Origin: Centroscyllium fabricii
Lineage: Eukaryota
Assembly (NCBI GenBank): GCA_051313645.2
Contig: JBNRSN020000031.1
Span: 6,634,001-6,698,000 of the forward strand
Direction of reading: 5' to 3'
Length of the DNA: 64,000 bases
Part shown: in pieces, positions 12,201 through 28,100 of the stretch
Numbering within the stretch: the stretch's first letter is position 1
Layout of the letters: the number at the start of each line of letters is the position of its first letter
Position numbers and translations under genes: made by a program
The notes under the pieces: generated by a model
What the model was told of the DNA's origin: nothing
The model's database searches: none
The model's input: the letters and a program-made list of their open reading frames with translations, nothing else

Positions 12201-13120
12201 GACATATTATATTCACGTAATCACATGCTGAGATATCATTGGCCCACAGGCATCTGTAAGGACTACCTATTATATTCACGTAATCACATGCTAAGTTATC
12301 GTTGGCCCACAGGCATCTGTAAGGACTACCTATTATATTTACGTAATCACATGCTGAGTTATCATTGGCCCACAGGCTTCTGGAAGGACTACCTATTATA
12401 TTCACGTAATCACATGCTGAATTATCATTGGACCAAAGGCATCTGTAAGGAATACCTATTATATTCAAGTAATCACTTGTTGAGTTATCATTGGCCCACA
12501 GGCATCTGGAAGGAATTCCTATTATATTCACGTAATCACATGCTGAATTATCATTGGACCAAAGGCATCTGTAAGGACTACCTATTATATTCACGTAATC
12601 ACATGCTGAGTTATCATTGGCCCACTGGCATCTGTACGGACTACTATTGTATTCACTTAACCACAAGCTGAGTTATCATTGGCCGCAGGCATCTGTAAGG
12701 ACTACCCATTATATTCACGTAATGACATGCTGAGTTATCATTGGCCCACAGTCATCTGTAAGGACTACTATTGTATTCACGTAATCAAATGCTGAGTTAT
12801 CATTGGCCCACAGGCATCTGTAAGGACGTCCTATTATATTGACGTAATCACATGCTGAGTTATCATTGGCTCACAGGCATCTGTAAGGATTACCTGTTAT
12901 ATTCATGTAATCACATGCTGAGTTATCATTGGCCCACAGGCATTTGTAAGGACTACGTATTATATTCACATATTCACATGCTGAGTTATTATTGGCCCAC
13001 AGTCATTTGTAAGGACTACCTATTATATTCACGTAATCACATGTTGAGTTATCATTGGCCCACATGCATCTGTAAGGACTACCTATTATATTCACGTAAT
13101 CACATGCTGAGATATCATTG
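6270..13120. repeat. ~3.08-kb block duplicated (about 6270-9350 and 10040-13120) with an intervening 690-bp duplication
   Basis: Near-identical ORF-track translations recur at offset 3769 (6527/10296, 7449/11218, 8015/11784, 9083/12852) and at offset 690 (9083/9773). Boundaries approximate. Confidence 0.8.
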
Positions 13121-16100
13121 GCCCACAGGCATCTGTAAGGACTATCTATTATACTCACGTAATCACATGATAAGTTATCATTGGCCCACAGGCATCTGTA
13201 AGGACTACCTTTTATATTCACGTAATCACATGCTGTATTATCATTGGCCCACAGGCATCTGTAATGACTACCAATTATATTTACGTAATCACATGCTGAG
13301 ATATCATTGGCCCGCAGGCATCTGTAAGGACTACCTATTATATTCCCGTAATATACGCAGAGTTATCATTGGCCCACAGGCTTCTGTAAGGAATAACTAT
13401 TATATTCACCTAATCAAATGCTGAGTTATCATTGGCCCACAGGTAACTGTAAGGACAACCTATTATATTCAGTGAATCACATGCTGAATTATCATTGGCC
13501 CACAGGCATCTGTAAGGACTACCTATTATATTCACGTAATGACATGCTGAGTTATCAATGGCCCACAGGCATCTGTAAGGACTACCTGTTATATTCACGT
13601 AATCACATGCTGAGTTATCATTGGCCCACAGGCATTTGTAAGGACTACCTATTATATTCACGTAATCACATGCTGAGATATCATTGGCCAACAGGCATCT
13701 GTAAGGACTACCTATTATATTCACGTAATCACATGCTGAATTATCATTGGCCCACAGGCATCAGTAAGGACTACCTATTATATTCACGTAATTACATGCT
13801 GAGTTATCATTGGCCCACAGGCATCTGAAAGGACGACATATTATATTCACGTAATCACATGCTGAGATATAATTGGGCCACAGGCATCTGTAAGGACTAC
13901 CTATTATATTCACGTAATCACATGCTAAGTAATCATTGGCCCACAGGCATCTGTAAGGACTACCTATTATATTCACATAATCACATGCTGAGTTATCATT
14001 GGCCCGCAGGAATCTGTAAGGACTACCCATTATATTCACATAATCACATGCTGAGTTATCATTGGCCCACAGGCATCTGTAAGGACTACTATTATATTCA
14101 CGTAATCATATGCTGAGTTATCATTGGCCCAAAGGCATCTGTAAGGACTACATAATATATTCACGTAATCACATGCTGAGTTATCATTGGCCCACAGGCA
14201 TCTGTAAGGACTACCTAATATAATCACGTAATCACATGCTGAGTTATCATTGGCCCACAGGCATCTGTAAGGACTACCTATTATATTCACGTAATCACAT
14301 GCTGAATTATCATTGGACCACAGGCATTTGTAAGGACTAGCTATTATATTCACGTAATCACATGCTGAGTTATTATTGGCCCACAGGCATCTGTAAGGAA
14401 AACCTATTATTTTCACATAATCACATGATGAGTTATCATATGCCCACAGGCATCTGTAAGGGCTTGCTATTATATTCCCGTAATAATATGCTGAGTTATC
14501 ATTGCCCACAGGCATCTGTAAGGACTACCTATTATATTCACGTAATCAAATGCTGAGTTATCATTGGCCCACAGGCATCTGTAAGGACTACCTATTATAT
14601 TCAGGTAATCACATGCTGAATTATGATTGGCCCACAGGCATCTGTAAGGACTACCTATTATATTCACGTAATCACATGCTGAGTTATCATTGGCCCACAG
14701 GCATCTGTAAGGACTACCTGTTATATTCTCGTAATCACATGTTGAATACCATTCGCCAACAGGCATTTGTAAGGACTACCTATTATATTCACGTATTCAC
14801 ATGCTGAGTTATCATTGGCCCACAGGCATCTGTAAGGACTACCTATTATATTCACGTAATCACATGCTGAGTTATCATTGGCCAACAGGCATCTGTAAGG
14901 ACTACCTATTATATTCACGTAATCATATGCTGAGTTATCATCGGCCAACAGACATCTGTAAGGACAACCTATTGTATTCAAGTATTCACATGCTGAGTTA
15001 TCATTGGCCCACAGGCATCTGTAAGGACTACCTATTATATTCACATAATCACATGCTGTGTTATCATTGGCCCACAGGCATCTGTATGGACTACCTATTT
15101 TATTCACGTAATCACATGCTGAGTTATCATTGGCTCACAGGTATCTGTAAGGACTACCTATTGTATTCAAGTAATCACATGCTGAGTTATCATTGGCCCA
15201 CAGGCATCTGGAAGGACTACCTATTATATTCATGTAATCACATGCTGAATTATCATTGGACCAAAGGCATCTGTAAGGACAGCCTATTATATTCAGGTAA
15301 TCACATGTTGAGTTATCATTGGCCCACAGGCATCTGTATGGACCACCTATTATATTCACGTAATCACATGCTGAGTTTTGATTGGCCCGCAGGCATCTGT
15401 AAGGACTACCTATTATATTCACGTAATCACATGCTGAGTTATCATTGGCCCGCAGGCATCTGTAAGGACTACCTATTATATTCACGTAATCACATGCTGA
15501 GTTATCATTGGCCACAGGCATCTGTAAAGACTACCTATTATATTCACGTAATCACATGCTGAGCTATCATTGGCCCACAGGCATCTGTAAGGACTACCTA
15601 TTATATTCACGTAATCACATGCTGAATTATCATTGACCCACAGGCATCTGTAAGGACTACCTATTATATTTACGTAATAACATGCTGAGATATCATTGGC
15701 CCACAGGCATCTGTAAGGACTACCTATTATATTCACGTAATCACATGCTGAATTATCATTGGCCCACAGGCATCTCTAAGGACTACCTATTATATTTACG
15801 TAATCACATGCTGAGTTATCATTGGCCTACAGGCATCTGGAAGGACTACCTTTTATATTCACGTAATCACATGCTGAGTTATCATTGGCCCACAGGCATC
15901 TGGAAGAACTACCTATTATATTCACGTAATCACATGCTGAATTATCATTGGACCACAGGCATCTGTAAGGACTACCTATTATATTCACGTAATCACATGT
16001 TGAGTTATCATTGGCCCACAGGAATCTGTTAGGACTACCTATTAAATTTACGTAATCACAAGCTGAATTATCATTGCCCACAGGCATCTGTAAGGACTAC

Positions 16101-19100
16101 CTATTATATCCACGTAATCACATGCTGAGTTATCATTGGCCCACTGGCATCTGTAAGGACTACTATTGTATTCACTTAACCACATGCTGAGTTATCATTG
16201 GCCGCAGGCATCTGTAAGGACCACCTATTATATTCACGTAATCACATGCTGAGTTATCATTGGCCCACAGGCATCTGTATGGACCACCTATTATATTCAC
16301 GTAATCACATGCTGAGTTTTCATTGGCCCACAGGCATCTGTAAGGACTACCTATTATATTCACGTAATCACATGCTGAGTTATCATTGGCCCACAGGCAT
16401 CTGGAAGGACTACCTATTATATTCACGTAATCACATGCTGAATTATCATTGGACCAAAGGCATCTGTAAGGACTACTATTGTATTCACGTAATCACATGC
16501 TGAGATATCATTGGCCCACAGGCATCTGTAAGGACTACTATTGTATTCACTTAACCACATGCTGAGTTATCATTGGCCCGCAGGCATCTGTAAGGACTAC
16601 CTATTATATTCACGTAATCACATGCTGAGTTATCATTGGCCCACAGGCATCTGTATGGACCACCTATTATATTCACGTAATCACATGCTGAGTTTTCATT
16701 GGCCCACAGGCATCTGTAAGGACTACCTTTTATATTCACATAATCACATGCTGAATTATCATTGACCCACAGGCATCTGTAAGGACTACCTATTATATTT
16801 ACGTAATAACATGCTGAATTATCATTGGCCCACAGGCATCTGTAAGGACTACTATTGTATTCACGTAATCACATGCTGAGATATCATTGGCCCACAGGCA
16901 TCTGTAAGGACTACCTATTATATTCACGTAATCACATGCTGAGTTATCATTGCCCCACAGGCTTCTGGAAGGACTACCTATTATATTCACGTAATCACAT
17001 GCTGAGTTATCATTGGCCCACAGGCATCTGGAAGGTCTACCTATTATATTCACGTAATCACGTGCTGAGTTATCATTGGCCCACAGGCATCTGTAAGGAC
17101 TACCTGATATATATTCACGTAATCACATGCTGAGTTATCATTGGCCAACTGGCATTTGTAAGGACTAACTATTATATTCACGTAATCACATGCTGAGATA
17201 TCATTGGCCAACAGGCATCTGTAAGGACTACCTATTATATACACGTAATCACATGCTGAGTTATCATTGGCCCACAGGCATCTGGAAGGACTACCTATTA
17301 TATTCACGTAATCACATGCTGAATTATCATTGGCCCACAGTCATCTGTAAGGACTACCTATTCTATTCACGTAATCACATGCTGAGATATCATTGGCCCA
17401 CATGCATCTGTAAGGGCTACCTATTATATTCACGTAATCACATGCTCAGTTATCATTGGCCCACAGGCATCTGGAAGGACTACCTATTATATTCAGGTAA
17501 TCACATGCTGAATTATCATTGGACCAAAGGCATCTGTAAGGACTACTGTTGTCTTCACGTAATCACATGCTGAGTTATCATTGGCCCACAGGCATCTCTA
17601 AGGACTACCTATTATATTTACATAATCACATGCTGAGTTATCATTGGCCTACAGGCATCTGGAAGGTCTACCTATTATATTCACGTAATCACATGCTGAG
17701 TTATCATTGGCCCACAGGCATCTGGAAGGACTACCTATTATATTCACGTAATCACTAGCTGAATTATCATTGGACCAAAGGCATCTGTAAGGACTACCTA
17801 TTATATTCACGTAATCACATGTTGAGTTATCATTGGCCCACAGGAATCTGTAAGGACTACCTATTATATTCACGTAATCACAAGCTGAATTATCTTTGCC
17901 CACAGGCATCTGTAAGGACTACCTATTATATTCACGTAATCACATGCTGAGTTATCATTGGCCCACGGGCATCTGTATGGACCACCTATTATATTCATGT
18001 AATCACATGCTGAGTTATCATTGGCCCACAGGCATCTGTAAGGACTACCTATTATATTCACGTAATCACATGCTGAGTTATCATTGGCCCACAGGCATCT
18101 GTAAGGACTACCTATTATATTCACGTAATCACATGCTGAATTATCATTGGCCCACAGTCATCTGTAAGGACTACCTATTATATTCACGTAATCACATGCT
18201 GAGTTATCATTGGCCCACAGGCATCTGTAAGGACTACCTATTATATTCACGTAATCCAAGCTGAGATATCATTGGCCCACAGGCATCTGTAAGGACTACC
18301 GATTATATTCACGTAATCACATGCTAAGTTATCATTGGCCCACAGGCATCTGTAAGGACTACCTATTATATTCACGTAATCACATGCTGAGTTATCAATG
18401 GCCCACAGGCATCTGTAAGGACTACCTGTTATATTCACGTAATCACATGCTGAGTTATCATTGGCCCACAGGCATTTGTAAGGACTACCTATTATATTCA
18501 CGTAATCACATGCTGAGATATCATTGGCCAACAGGCATCTGTAAGGACTACCTATTATATTCACGTAATCACATGCTGAATTATCATTGGCCCACAGGCA
18601 TCAGTAAGGACTACCTATTATATTCACGTAATTACATGCTGAGTTATCATTGGCCCACAGGCATCTGTAAGGACGACATATTATATTCACGTAATCACAT
18701 GCTGAGATATCATTGGCCCACAGGCATCTGTAAGGACTACCTATTATATTCACGTAATTACATGCTGAGTTATCATTGGCCCACAGGCATCAGTAAGGAC
18801 TACCTATTATATTCACGTAATTACATGCTGAGTTATCATTGGCCCACAGGCATCTGTAAGGACGACATATTATATTCACGTAATCACATGCTGAGATATC
18901 ATTGGCCTACAGGCATCAGTAAGGACTACCTATTATATTAACGTAATCACATGCTAAGTTATCATTGGCCCACAGGCATCTGTAAGGACTACCTATTATA
19001 TTCACATAATCACATGCTGAGTTATCATTGGCCCGCAGGCATCTGTAAGGACTACCTATTATATTCACATAATCACATGCTGAGTTATCATTGGCCCACA

Positions 19101-22100
19101 GGCATCTGTAAGGACTACTATTATATTCACGTAATCATATGCTGAGTTATCATTGGCCCACAGGCATCTGTAAGGACTACATAATATATTCACGTAATCA
19201 CATGCTGAGTTACCATTGGCCCACAGGCATCTGTAAGGTCTACCTATTATAATCACGTAATCACATGCTGAGTTATCATTGGCCCACAGGCATCTGTAAG
19301 GACTACCTATTATATTCACGTAATCACATGCTGAATTATCATTGGACCACAGGCATTTGTAAGGACTACCTATTATATTCACGTAATCACATGCTGAGTT
19401 ATTATTGGCCCACAGGCATCTGTAAGGACTACCTATTATTTTCACGTAATCACATGATGAGTTATCATATGCCCACAAGCATCTGTAAGGGCTTCCTATT
19501 ATATTCCCGTAATAATATGCTGAGTTATCATTGCCCACAGACATCTGTAAGGACTACCTATTATATTCACGTAATCAAATGCTTAGTTATCATTGGCCCA
19601 CAGGCATCTGTAAGGACTACCTATTATATTCAGGTAATCACATGCTGAATTATGATTGGCCCACAGGCATCTGTAAGGACTACCTATTATATTCACGTAA
19701 TCACATGCTGAGTTATCATTGGCCCACAGGCATCTGTAAGGACTACCTGTTATATTCACGTAATCACATGCTGAGTACCATTCGCCAACAGGCATTTGTA
19801 AGGACTACCTATTATATTCACGTATTCACATGCTGAGTTATCATTGGCCCACATGCATCTGTAAGGACTACCTATTATATTCACGTAATCACATGCTGAG
19901 TTAACATTATCCAACAGGCATCTGTAAGGACTACCTTTTATATTCACGTAATCATATGCTGAGTTATCATCGGCCAACAGACATCTGTAAGGACAACCTG
20001 TTGTATTCAAGTAATCACATGCTGAGTTATCATTGGCCCACAGGCATCTGTAAGGACTACCTATTATATTCACATAATCACATGCTGAGTTATCATTGGC
20101 CCACAGGCATCTGTATGGACCACCTATTTTATTCACGTAATCACATGCTGAGTTATCATTGGCTCACAGGTATCTGTAAGGACTACCTATTGTATTCAAG
20201 TAATCACATGCTGAGTTATCATTGGCACACAGGCATCTGGAAGGACTACCTATTATATTCACGTAATCACATGCTGAATTATCATTGGACCAAAGGCATC
20301 TGTAAGGACAGCCTATTATATTCAGGTAATCACATGTTGAGTTATCATTGGCCCACAGGCATCTGTAAGGACTACTTATTTTATTCACATAATCACATGC
20401 TGAGTTATCATTGGCCCACAGGCATCTGGAAGGACTACCTATTATATTCACGTAATCACATGCTGAGTTATCATTGGCCCACAGGCATCTGTAAGGACTA
20501 CCTATTATATTCAGGTAATCACATGCTGAATTATCATTGGCCCACAGGCATCTGTAAGGACTACCTATTATATTCACGTAATCACATGCTGAGTTATCAT
20601 TGGCCCGCAGGCATCTGTAAGGATTACCTATTATATTCACGTAATCACATGCTGAGTTATCATTGGCAACAGGCATCTGTAAAGACTACCTATTATATTC
20701 ACGTAATCACATGCTGAGTTATCATTGGCCCACAGGCATCTGTAAGGACTACCTTTTATATTCACATAATCACATGCTGAATTATCATTGACGCACAGGC
20801 ATCTGTAAGGACAACCTGTTATATTCACGTAATCACATGCTGAGTTACCATTGGCCCACAGGCATCTGTAAGGACTCCCTATTATATTCACGTAATCACA
20901 TGCTGAGATATCATTGGCCCACAGGCATCTGTAAGGACTACCTATTATATTCACGTAATCACATGCTGAGTTATCATTGGCCCACAGGCATCTGTAAGGA
21001 CTACCAATTATATTCACGTAATCACATGCTGAATTATCATTGGCCCACAGTCATCTGTAAGGGCTACCTATTATATTCACGTAATCACATGCTGAGTTAT
21101 CATTGACCCACAGGCATCTGTAAGGACTACCTATTATATTCACGTAATCACATGCTGAGTTATCATTGGCCCACAGGCATCTGTAAGGACTACCTATTAT
21201 ATTCAGGTAATCACATGCTGAATTATCATTGGCCCACAATCATCTGTAAGGACTACTTATTATATTCACGTAATCACATGCTGAATTATCATTGGCCCAC
21301 AGGCATCTGTAAGGACAACCTGTTATATTCACATAATCACATGCTGAGTTATCATTGGCCCACAGGCATCTGTAAGGACTACCTATTATATCACGTAATC
21401 ACATGCTGAGATATCATTGGCCCACAGGCATCTGTAAGGACTACCTATTATATTCACGTAATCACATGCTGAGTTATCATTGGCCCACAGGCATCTGTAA
21501 GGACTACCTATTATATTCACGTAATCACATGCTGAATTATCATTGGCCCACAGTCATCTGTAAGGACTACCTATTATATTCACGTAATCACATGCTGAGT
21601 TATCATTGGCCCACAGTCATCTGTAAGGACTACCTGTTATATTCACGTAATCACATGCTGAGATATCATTGGCACACAGGCATCTGTAAGGGCTACCTAT
21701 TATATTCACGTAATCACATGCTAAGTTATCATTGGCCCACAGGCATCTGTAAGGACTACCTATTATATTCACGTAATCACATGCTGAATTATCATTGGCC
21801 CACAGTCATCTGTAAGGACTACCTATTATATTCACGTAATCACATGCTGATTTATCATTGGCCCACAGGCATCTGTAAGGATTACCTATTATATTCACGT
21901 AATCACATGCTCAGTTATCATTGGCACACAGGCATCTGGAAGGACTACCTATTATATTCAGGTAATCAGATGCTGAATTATCATTGGACCAAAGGCATCT
22001 CTAAGGACTACTATTGTATTCACGTAATCACATGCTGAGTTATCATTGGCCCACAGGCATCTGTAAGGACTACCTATTATATTTACATAATCACATGCTG

Positions 22101-25100
22101 AGTTATCATTGGACTACAGGCATCTGGAAGGTCTACCTATTATATTCACGTTATCACATGCTGAGTTATCATTGGCCCACAGGCATCTGGAAGAACTACC
22201 TATTATATTCACGTAATCACATGCTGAATTATCATTGGACCAAAGGCATCTGTAAGGACTACCTATTATATTCATGTAATCACATGTTGAGTTATCATTG
22301 GCCCACAGGAATCTGTAAGGACTACCTATTATATTCACGTAATCACAAGCTGAATTATCATTGCCCACAGGCATCTCTAAGGACTACCTATTATATTCAC
22401 GTAATCACATGCTGAGTTATCATTGGCCCACTGGCATCTGTAAGGACTACTATTGTATTCACTTAAACACATGCTGAGTTATCATTGGCCGCAGGCGTCT
22501 GTAAGGACTACCTATTATATTCACGTAATCACATGCTGAGATGTCATTGGCCCACAGGCATCTGTATGGACCACCTTTTATATTCATGTAATCACATGCT
22601 GAGTTATCATTGGCCCACAGGCATCTGTAAGGACTAACTATTATATTCACGTAATCACATGCTGAGTTATCATTGGCCCACAGGCATCTGGAAGGACTAC
22701 CTATTATATTCACGTAATCACATGCTGAATTATCATTGGACCAAAGGCATCTGTAAGGAATACCTATTATATTCAAGTAATCACTTGTTGAGTTATCATT
22801 GGCCCACAGGCATCTGTAAGGTCTACCTATTATATTCACGTAATCACATGCTGAGTTATCATTGGCCCACTGGCATCTGTAAGGACTACTATTGTATTCA
22901 CTTAACCACATGCTGAGTTATCATTGGCCGCAGGCATCTGTAAGGACTACCCATTATATTCACGTAATCACATGCTGAGTTATCATTGGCCCACAGTCAT
23001 CTGTAAGGACTACTATTGTATTCACGTAATCAAATGCTGAGTTATCATTGGCCCACAGGCATCTGTAAGGACGTCCTATTATATTCACGTAATCACATGC
23101 TGAGTTATCATTGGCCCACAGGCATCTGTAAGGACTACCTATTATATTCACGTAATCACATGCTGAATTATCATTGGCCCACAGTCATCTGTAAGGACTA
23201 CCTATTATATTCACGTAATCACATGCTGAGTTATCATTGGCCCACAGGCATCTGTAAGGACTACCTATTATATTCACGTAATCCAAGCTGAGATATCATT
23301 GGCCCACAGGCATCTGTAAGGACTACCGATTATATTCACGTAATCACATGCTAAGTTATCATTGGCCCACAGGCATCTGTAAGGACTACCTATTATATTC
23401 ACGTAATCACATGCTGAGTTATCAATGGCCCACAGGCATCTGTAACGACTACCTGTTATATTCACGTAATCACATGCTGAGTTATCATTGGCCCACAGGC
23501 ATTTGTAAGGACTACCTATTATATTCACGGAATCACATGCTGAGATATAATTGGCCAACAGGCATCTGTAAGGACTACCTATTATATTCACGTAATCACA
23601 TGCTGAATTATCATTGGCCCACAGGCATCAGTAAGGACTACCTATTATATTCACGTAATTACTTGCTGAGTTATCATTGGCCCACAGGCATCTGTAAGGA
23701 CGACATATTATATTCACGTAATCACATGCTGTGATATCATTGGCCCACAGGCATCTGTAAGGACTACCTATTATATTCACGTAATCACATGCTGAGTTAT
23801 CATTGGCCCACAGGCATCTGGAAGGACTATCTATTATATTCACGTAATCACATGCTGAATTATCATTGGACCAAAGGCATCTGTAAGGACGACTATTGTA
23901 TTCACGTAATCACATGCTGAGATATCATTGGCCCACAGGCATCTGTAAGGACTACCTATTATAATTACGTAATCACATGCTGAGTTATCATTGGCCCACA
24001 GGCTTTGGTAAGGACTACCTATTATATTCACGTAATCACATGCTGAATTATCATTGGACCAAAGGCATCTGTAAGGAATACCTATTATATTCAAGTAATC
24101 ACTTGTTGAGTTATCATTGGCCCACCTGCATCTGGAAGGACTTCCTATTATATTCACGTAATCACATGCTGAATTATCATTGGACCAAAGGCTTCTGTAA
24201 GGTCTACCTATTATATTCACGTAATCACATGCTGAGTTATCATTGGCCCACTGGCATCTGTAAGGACTACTATTGTATTCACTTAACCACATGCTGAGTT
24301 TCATTGGCCGCAGGCATCTGTAAGGACTACCCATTATATTCACGTAATCACATGCTGAGTTATCATTGGCCCACAGTCATCTGTAAGGACTACTATTGTA
24401 TTCACGTAATCAAATGCTGAATTATCATTGGCCCACAGGCATCTGTAAGGACGTCCTATTATATTCACGTAATCACATGCTGAGTTATCATTGGCCCACA
24501 GGCATCTGTAAGGACTACCTATTATATTCACGTAATCACATGCTGAATTATCATTGGCCCACAGTCATCTGTAAGGACTACCTATTATATTCACGTAATC
24601 ACATGCTGAGTTATCATTGGCCCACAGGCATCTGTAAGGACTACCTATTATATTCACGTAATCCAAGCTGAGATATCATTGGCCCACAGGCATCTGTAAG
24701 GACTACCGATTATATTCACGTAATCACATGCTAAGTTATCATTGGCCCACAGGCATCTGTAAGGACTACCTATTACATTCACGTAATCACATGCTGAGTT
24801 ATCAATGGCCCACAGGCATCTGTAAGGACTACCTGTTATATTCACGTAATCACATGCTGAGTTATCATTGGCCCAAAGGCATTTGTAAGGACTACCTATT
24901 ATATTCACGGAATCACATGCTGAGATATCATTGGCCAACAGGCATCTGTAAGGACTACCTATTATATTCACGTAATCACATGCTGAATTATCATTGGCCC
25001 ACAGGCATCAGTAAGGACTACCTATTATATTCACGTAATTACATGCTGAGTTATCATTGGCCCACAGGCATCTGTAAGGACGACATATTATATTCACGTA

Positions 25101-28100
25101 ATCACATGCTGAGATATCATTGGCCCACAGGCATCTGTAAGGACTACCTATTATATTCACGTAATCACATGCTAAGTTATCATTGGCCCACAGGCATCTG
25201 TAAGGACTACCTATTATATTCACATAATCACATGCTGCGTTATCATTGGCCCGCAAGCATCTGTAAGGACTACCTATTATATTCACATAATCACATGCTG
25301 AGTTATCATTGGCCCACAGGCATCTGTAAGGACAACTATTATATTCACGTAATCTCATGCTGAATTATTATTGGCCCACAGGCATCTGTAAGGACTACCT
25401 ATTATTTTCAAGTAATCACATGATGTGTTATCATATGCCCACAGGCATCTGTAAGGGCTTCCTAGTATATTCCCGTAATAATATGCTGAGTTATCATTGC
25501 CCACAGGCATCTGTAAGGGCTTCCTAGTATATTCCCGTAATAATATGCTGAGTTATCATTGCCCACAGGCATCTGTAAGGACTACCTATTATATTCACGT
25601 AACCAAATGCTGAGTTTTCATTGGCCCACAGTCATCTGTAAGGACTACCTATTATATTCAGGTAATCTCAAGCTGAATTATGATTGGCCCACAGGCATCT
25701 ATAAGGACTACCTATTATATTCACGTAATCACATGCTGAGTTATCATTGGCCCACAGGCATCTGAAAGGACTACCTGTTATATTCACGTAATCACATGCT
25801 GAGTACCATTCGCCAACAGGCATTTGTAAGGACTACCTATTATATTCACGTATTCACATGCTGAGTTATCATTGGCCCAGGGGCATCTGTAAGGACTACC
25901 TATTATATTCACGTAATGACATGCTGTGTTATCAATGGCCCACAAGCATCTGTAAGGACTACCTGTTATATTCACGTAATCACATGCTGAGTTATCATTG
26001 GCCCACAGGCATTTGTAAGGACTACCTATTATATTCACGTAATCACATGCTGAGATATCATTGGCCAACAGGCATCTGTAAGGACTACATATTATATTCA
26101 CGTAATCACATGCTGAATTATCATTGGCCCACAGGCATCAGTAAGGACTACCTATTATATTCACGTAATTACATGCAGAGTTATCATTGGCCCACAGGCA
26201 TCTGTAAGGACGACATATTATATTCACGTAATCACATGCTGAGATATCATTGGCCCACAGGCATCTGTAAGGACTACCTATTATATTCACGTAATCACAT
26301 GCTAAGTTATCGTTGGCCCACAGGCATCTGTAAGGACTACCTATTATATTTACGTAATCACATGCTGAGTTATCATTGGCCCACAGGCTTCTGGAAGGAC
26401 TACCTATTATATTCACGTAATCACATGCTGAATTATCATTGGACCAAAGGCATCTGTAAGGAATACCTATTATATTCAAGTAATCACTTGTTGAGTTATC
26501 ATTGGCCCACAGGCATCTGGAAGGAATTCCTATTATATTCACGTAATCACATGCTGAATTATCATTGGACCAAAGGCATCTGTAAGGACTACCTATTATA
26601 TTCACGTAATCACATGCTGAGTTATCATTGGCCCACTGGCATCTGTACGGACTACTATTGTATTCACTTAACCACAAGCTGAGTTATCATTGGCCGCAGG
26701 CATCTGTAAGGACTACCCATTATATTCACGTAATCACATGCTGAGTTATCATTGGCCCACAGTCATCTGTAAGGACTACTATTGTATTCACGTAATCAAA
26801 TGCTGAGTTATCATTGGCCCACAGGCATCTGTAAGGACGTCCTATTATATTGACGTAATCACATGCTGAGTTATCATTGGCTCACAGGCATCTGTAAGGA
26901 TTACCTGTTATATTCATGTAATCACATGCTGAGTTATCATTGGCCCACAGGCATTTGTAAGGACTACGTATTATATTCACATATTCACATGCTGAGTTAT
27001 TATTGGCCCACAGTCATTTGTAAGGACTACCTATTATATTCACGTAATCACATGTTGAGTTATCATTGGCCCACATGCATCTGTAAGGACTACCTATTAT
27101 ATTCACGTAATCACATGCTGAGATATCATTGGCCCACAGGCATCTGTAAGGAGTATCTATTATACTCACGTAATCACATGATAAGTTATCATTGGCCCAC
27201 AGGCATCTTTAAGGACTACCTTTTATATTCACGTAATCACATGCTGTATTATCATTGGCCCACAGGCATCTGTAATGACTACCAATTATATTTATGTAAT
27301 CACATGCTGAGATATCATTGGCCCGCAGGCATCTGTAAGGACTACCTATTATATTCCCGTAATATACGCAGAGTTATCATTGGCCCACAGGCATCTGTAA
27401 GGAATAACTATTATATTCACCTAATCAAATGCTGACTTATCATTGGCCCACAGGTAACTGTAAGGACAACCTATTATATTCAGTGAATCACATGCTGAAT
27501 TATCATTGGCCCACAGGCATCTGTAAGGACTACCTATTATATTCACGTAATGACATGCTGAGTTATCAATGGCCCACAGGCATCTGTAAGGACTACCTGT
27601 TATATTCACGTAATCACATGCTGAGTTATCATTGGCCCACAGGCATTTGTAAGGACTACCTATTATATTCACGTAATCACATGCTGAGATATCATTGGCC
27701 AACAGGCATCTGTAAGGACTACCTATTATATTCACGTAATCACATGCTGAATTATCATTGGCCCACAGGCATCAGTAAGGACTACCTATTATATTCACGT
27801 AATTACATGCTGAGTTATCATTGGCCCACAGGCATCTGTAAGGACGACATATTATATTCACGTAATCACATGCTGAGATATCATTGGGCCACAGGCATCT
27901 GTAAGGACTACCTATTATATTCACGTAATCACATGCTAAGTAATCATTGGCCCACAGGCATCTGTAAGGACTACCTATTATATTCACATAATCACATGCT
28001 GAGTTATCATTGGCCCGCAGGAATCTGTAAGGACTACCCATTATATTCACATAATCACATGCTGAGTTATCATTGGCCCACAGGCATCTGTAAGGACTAC

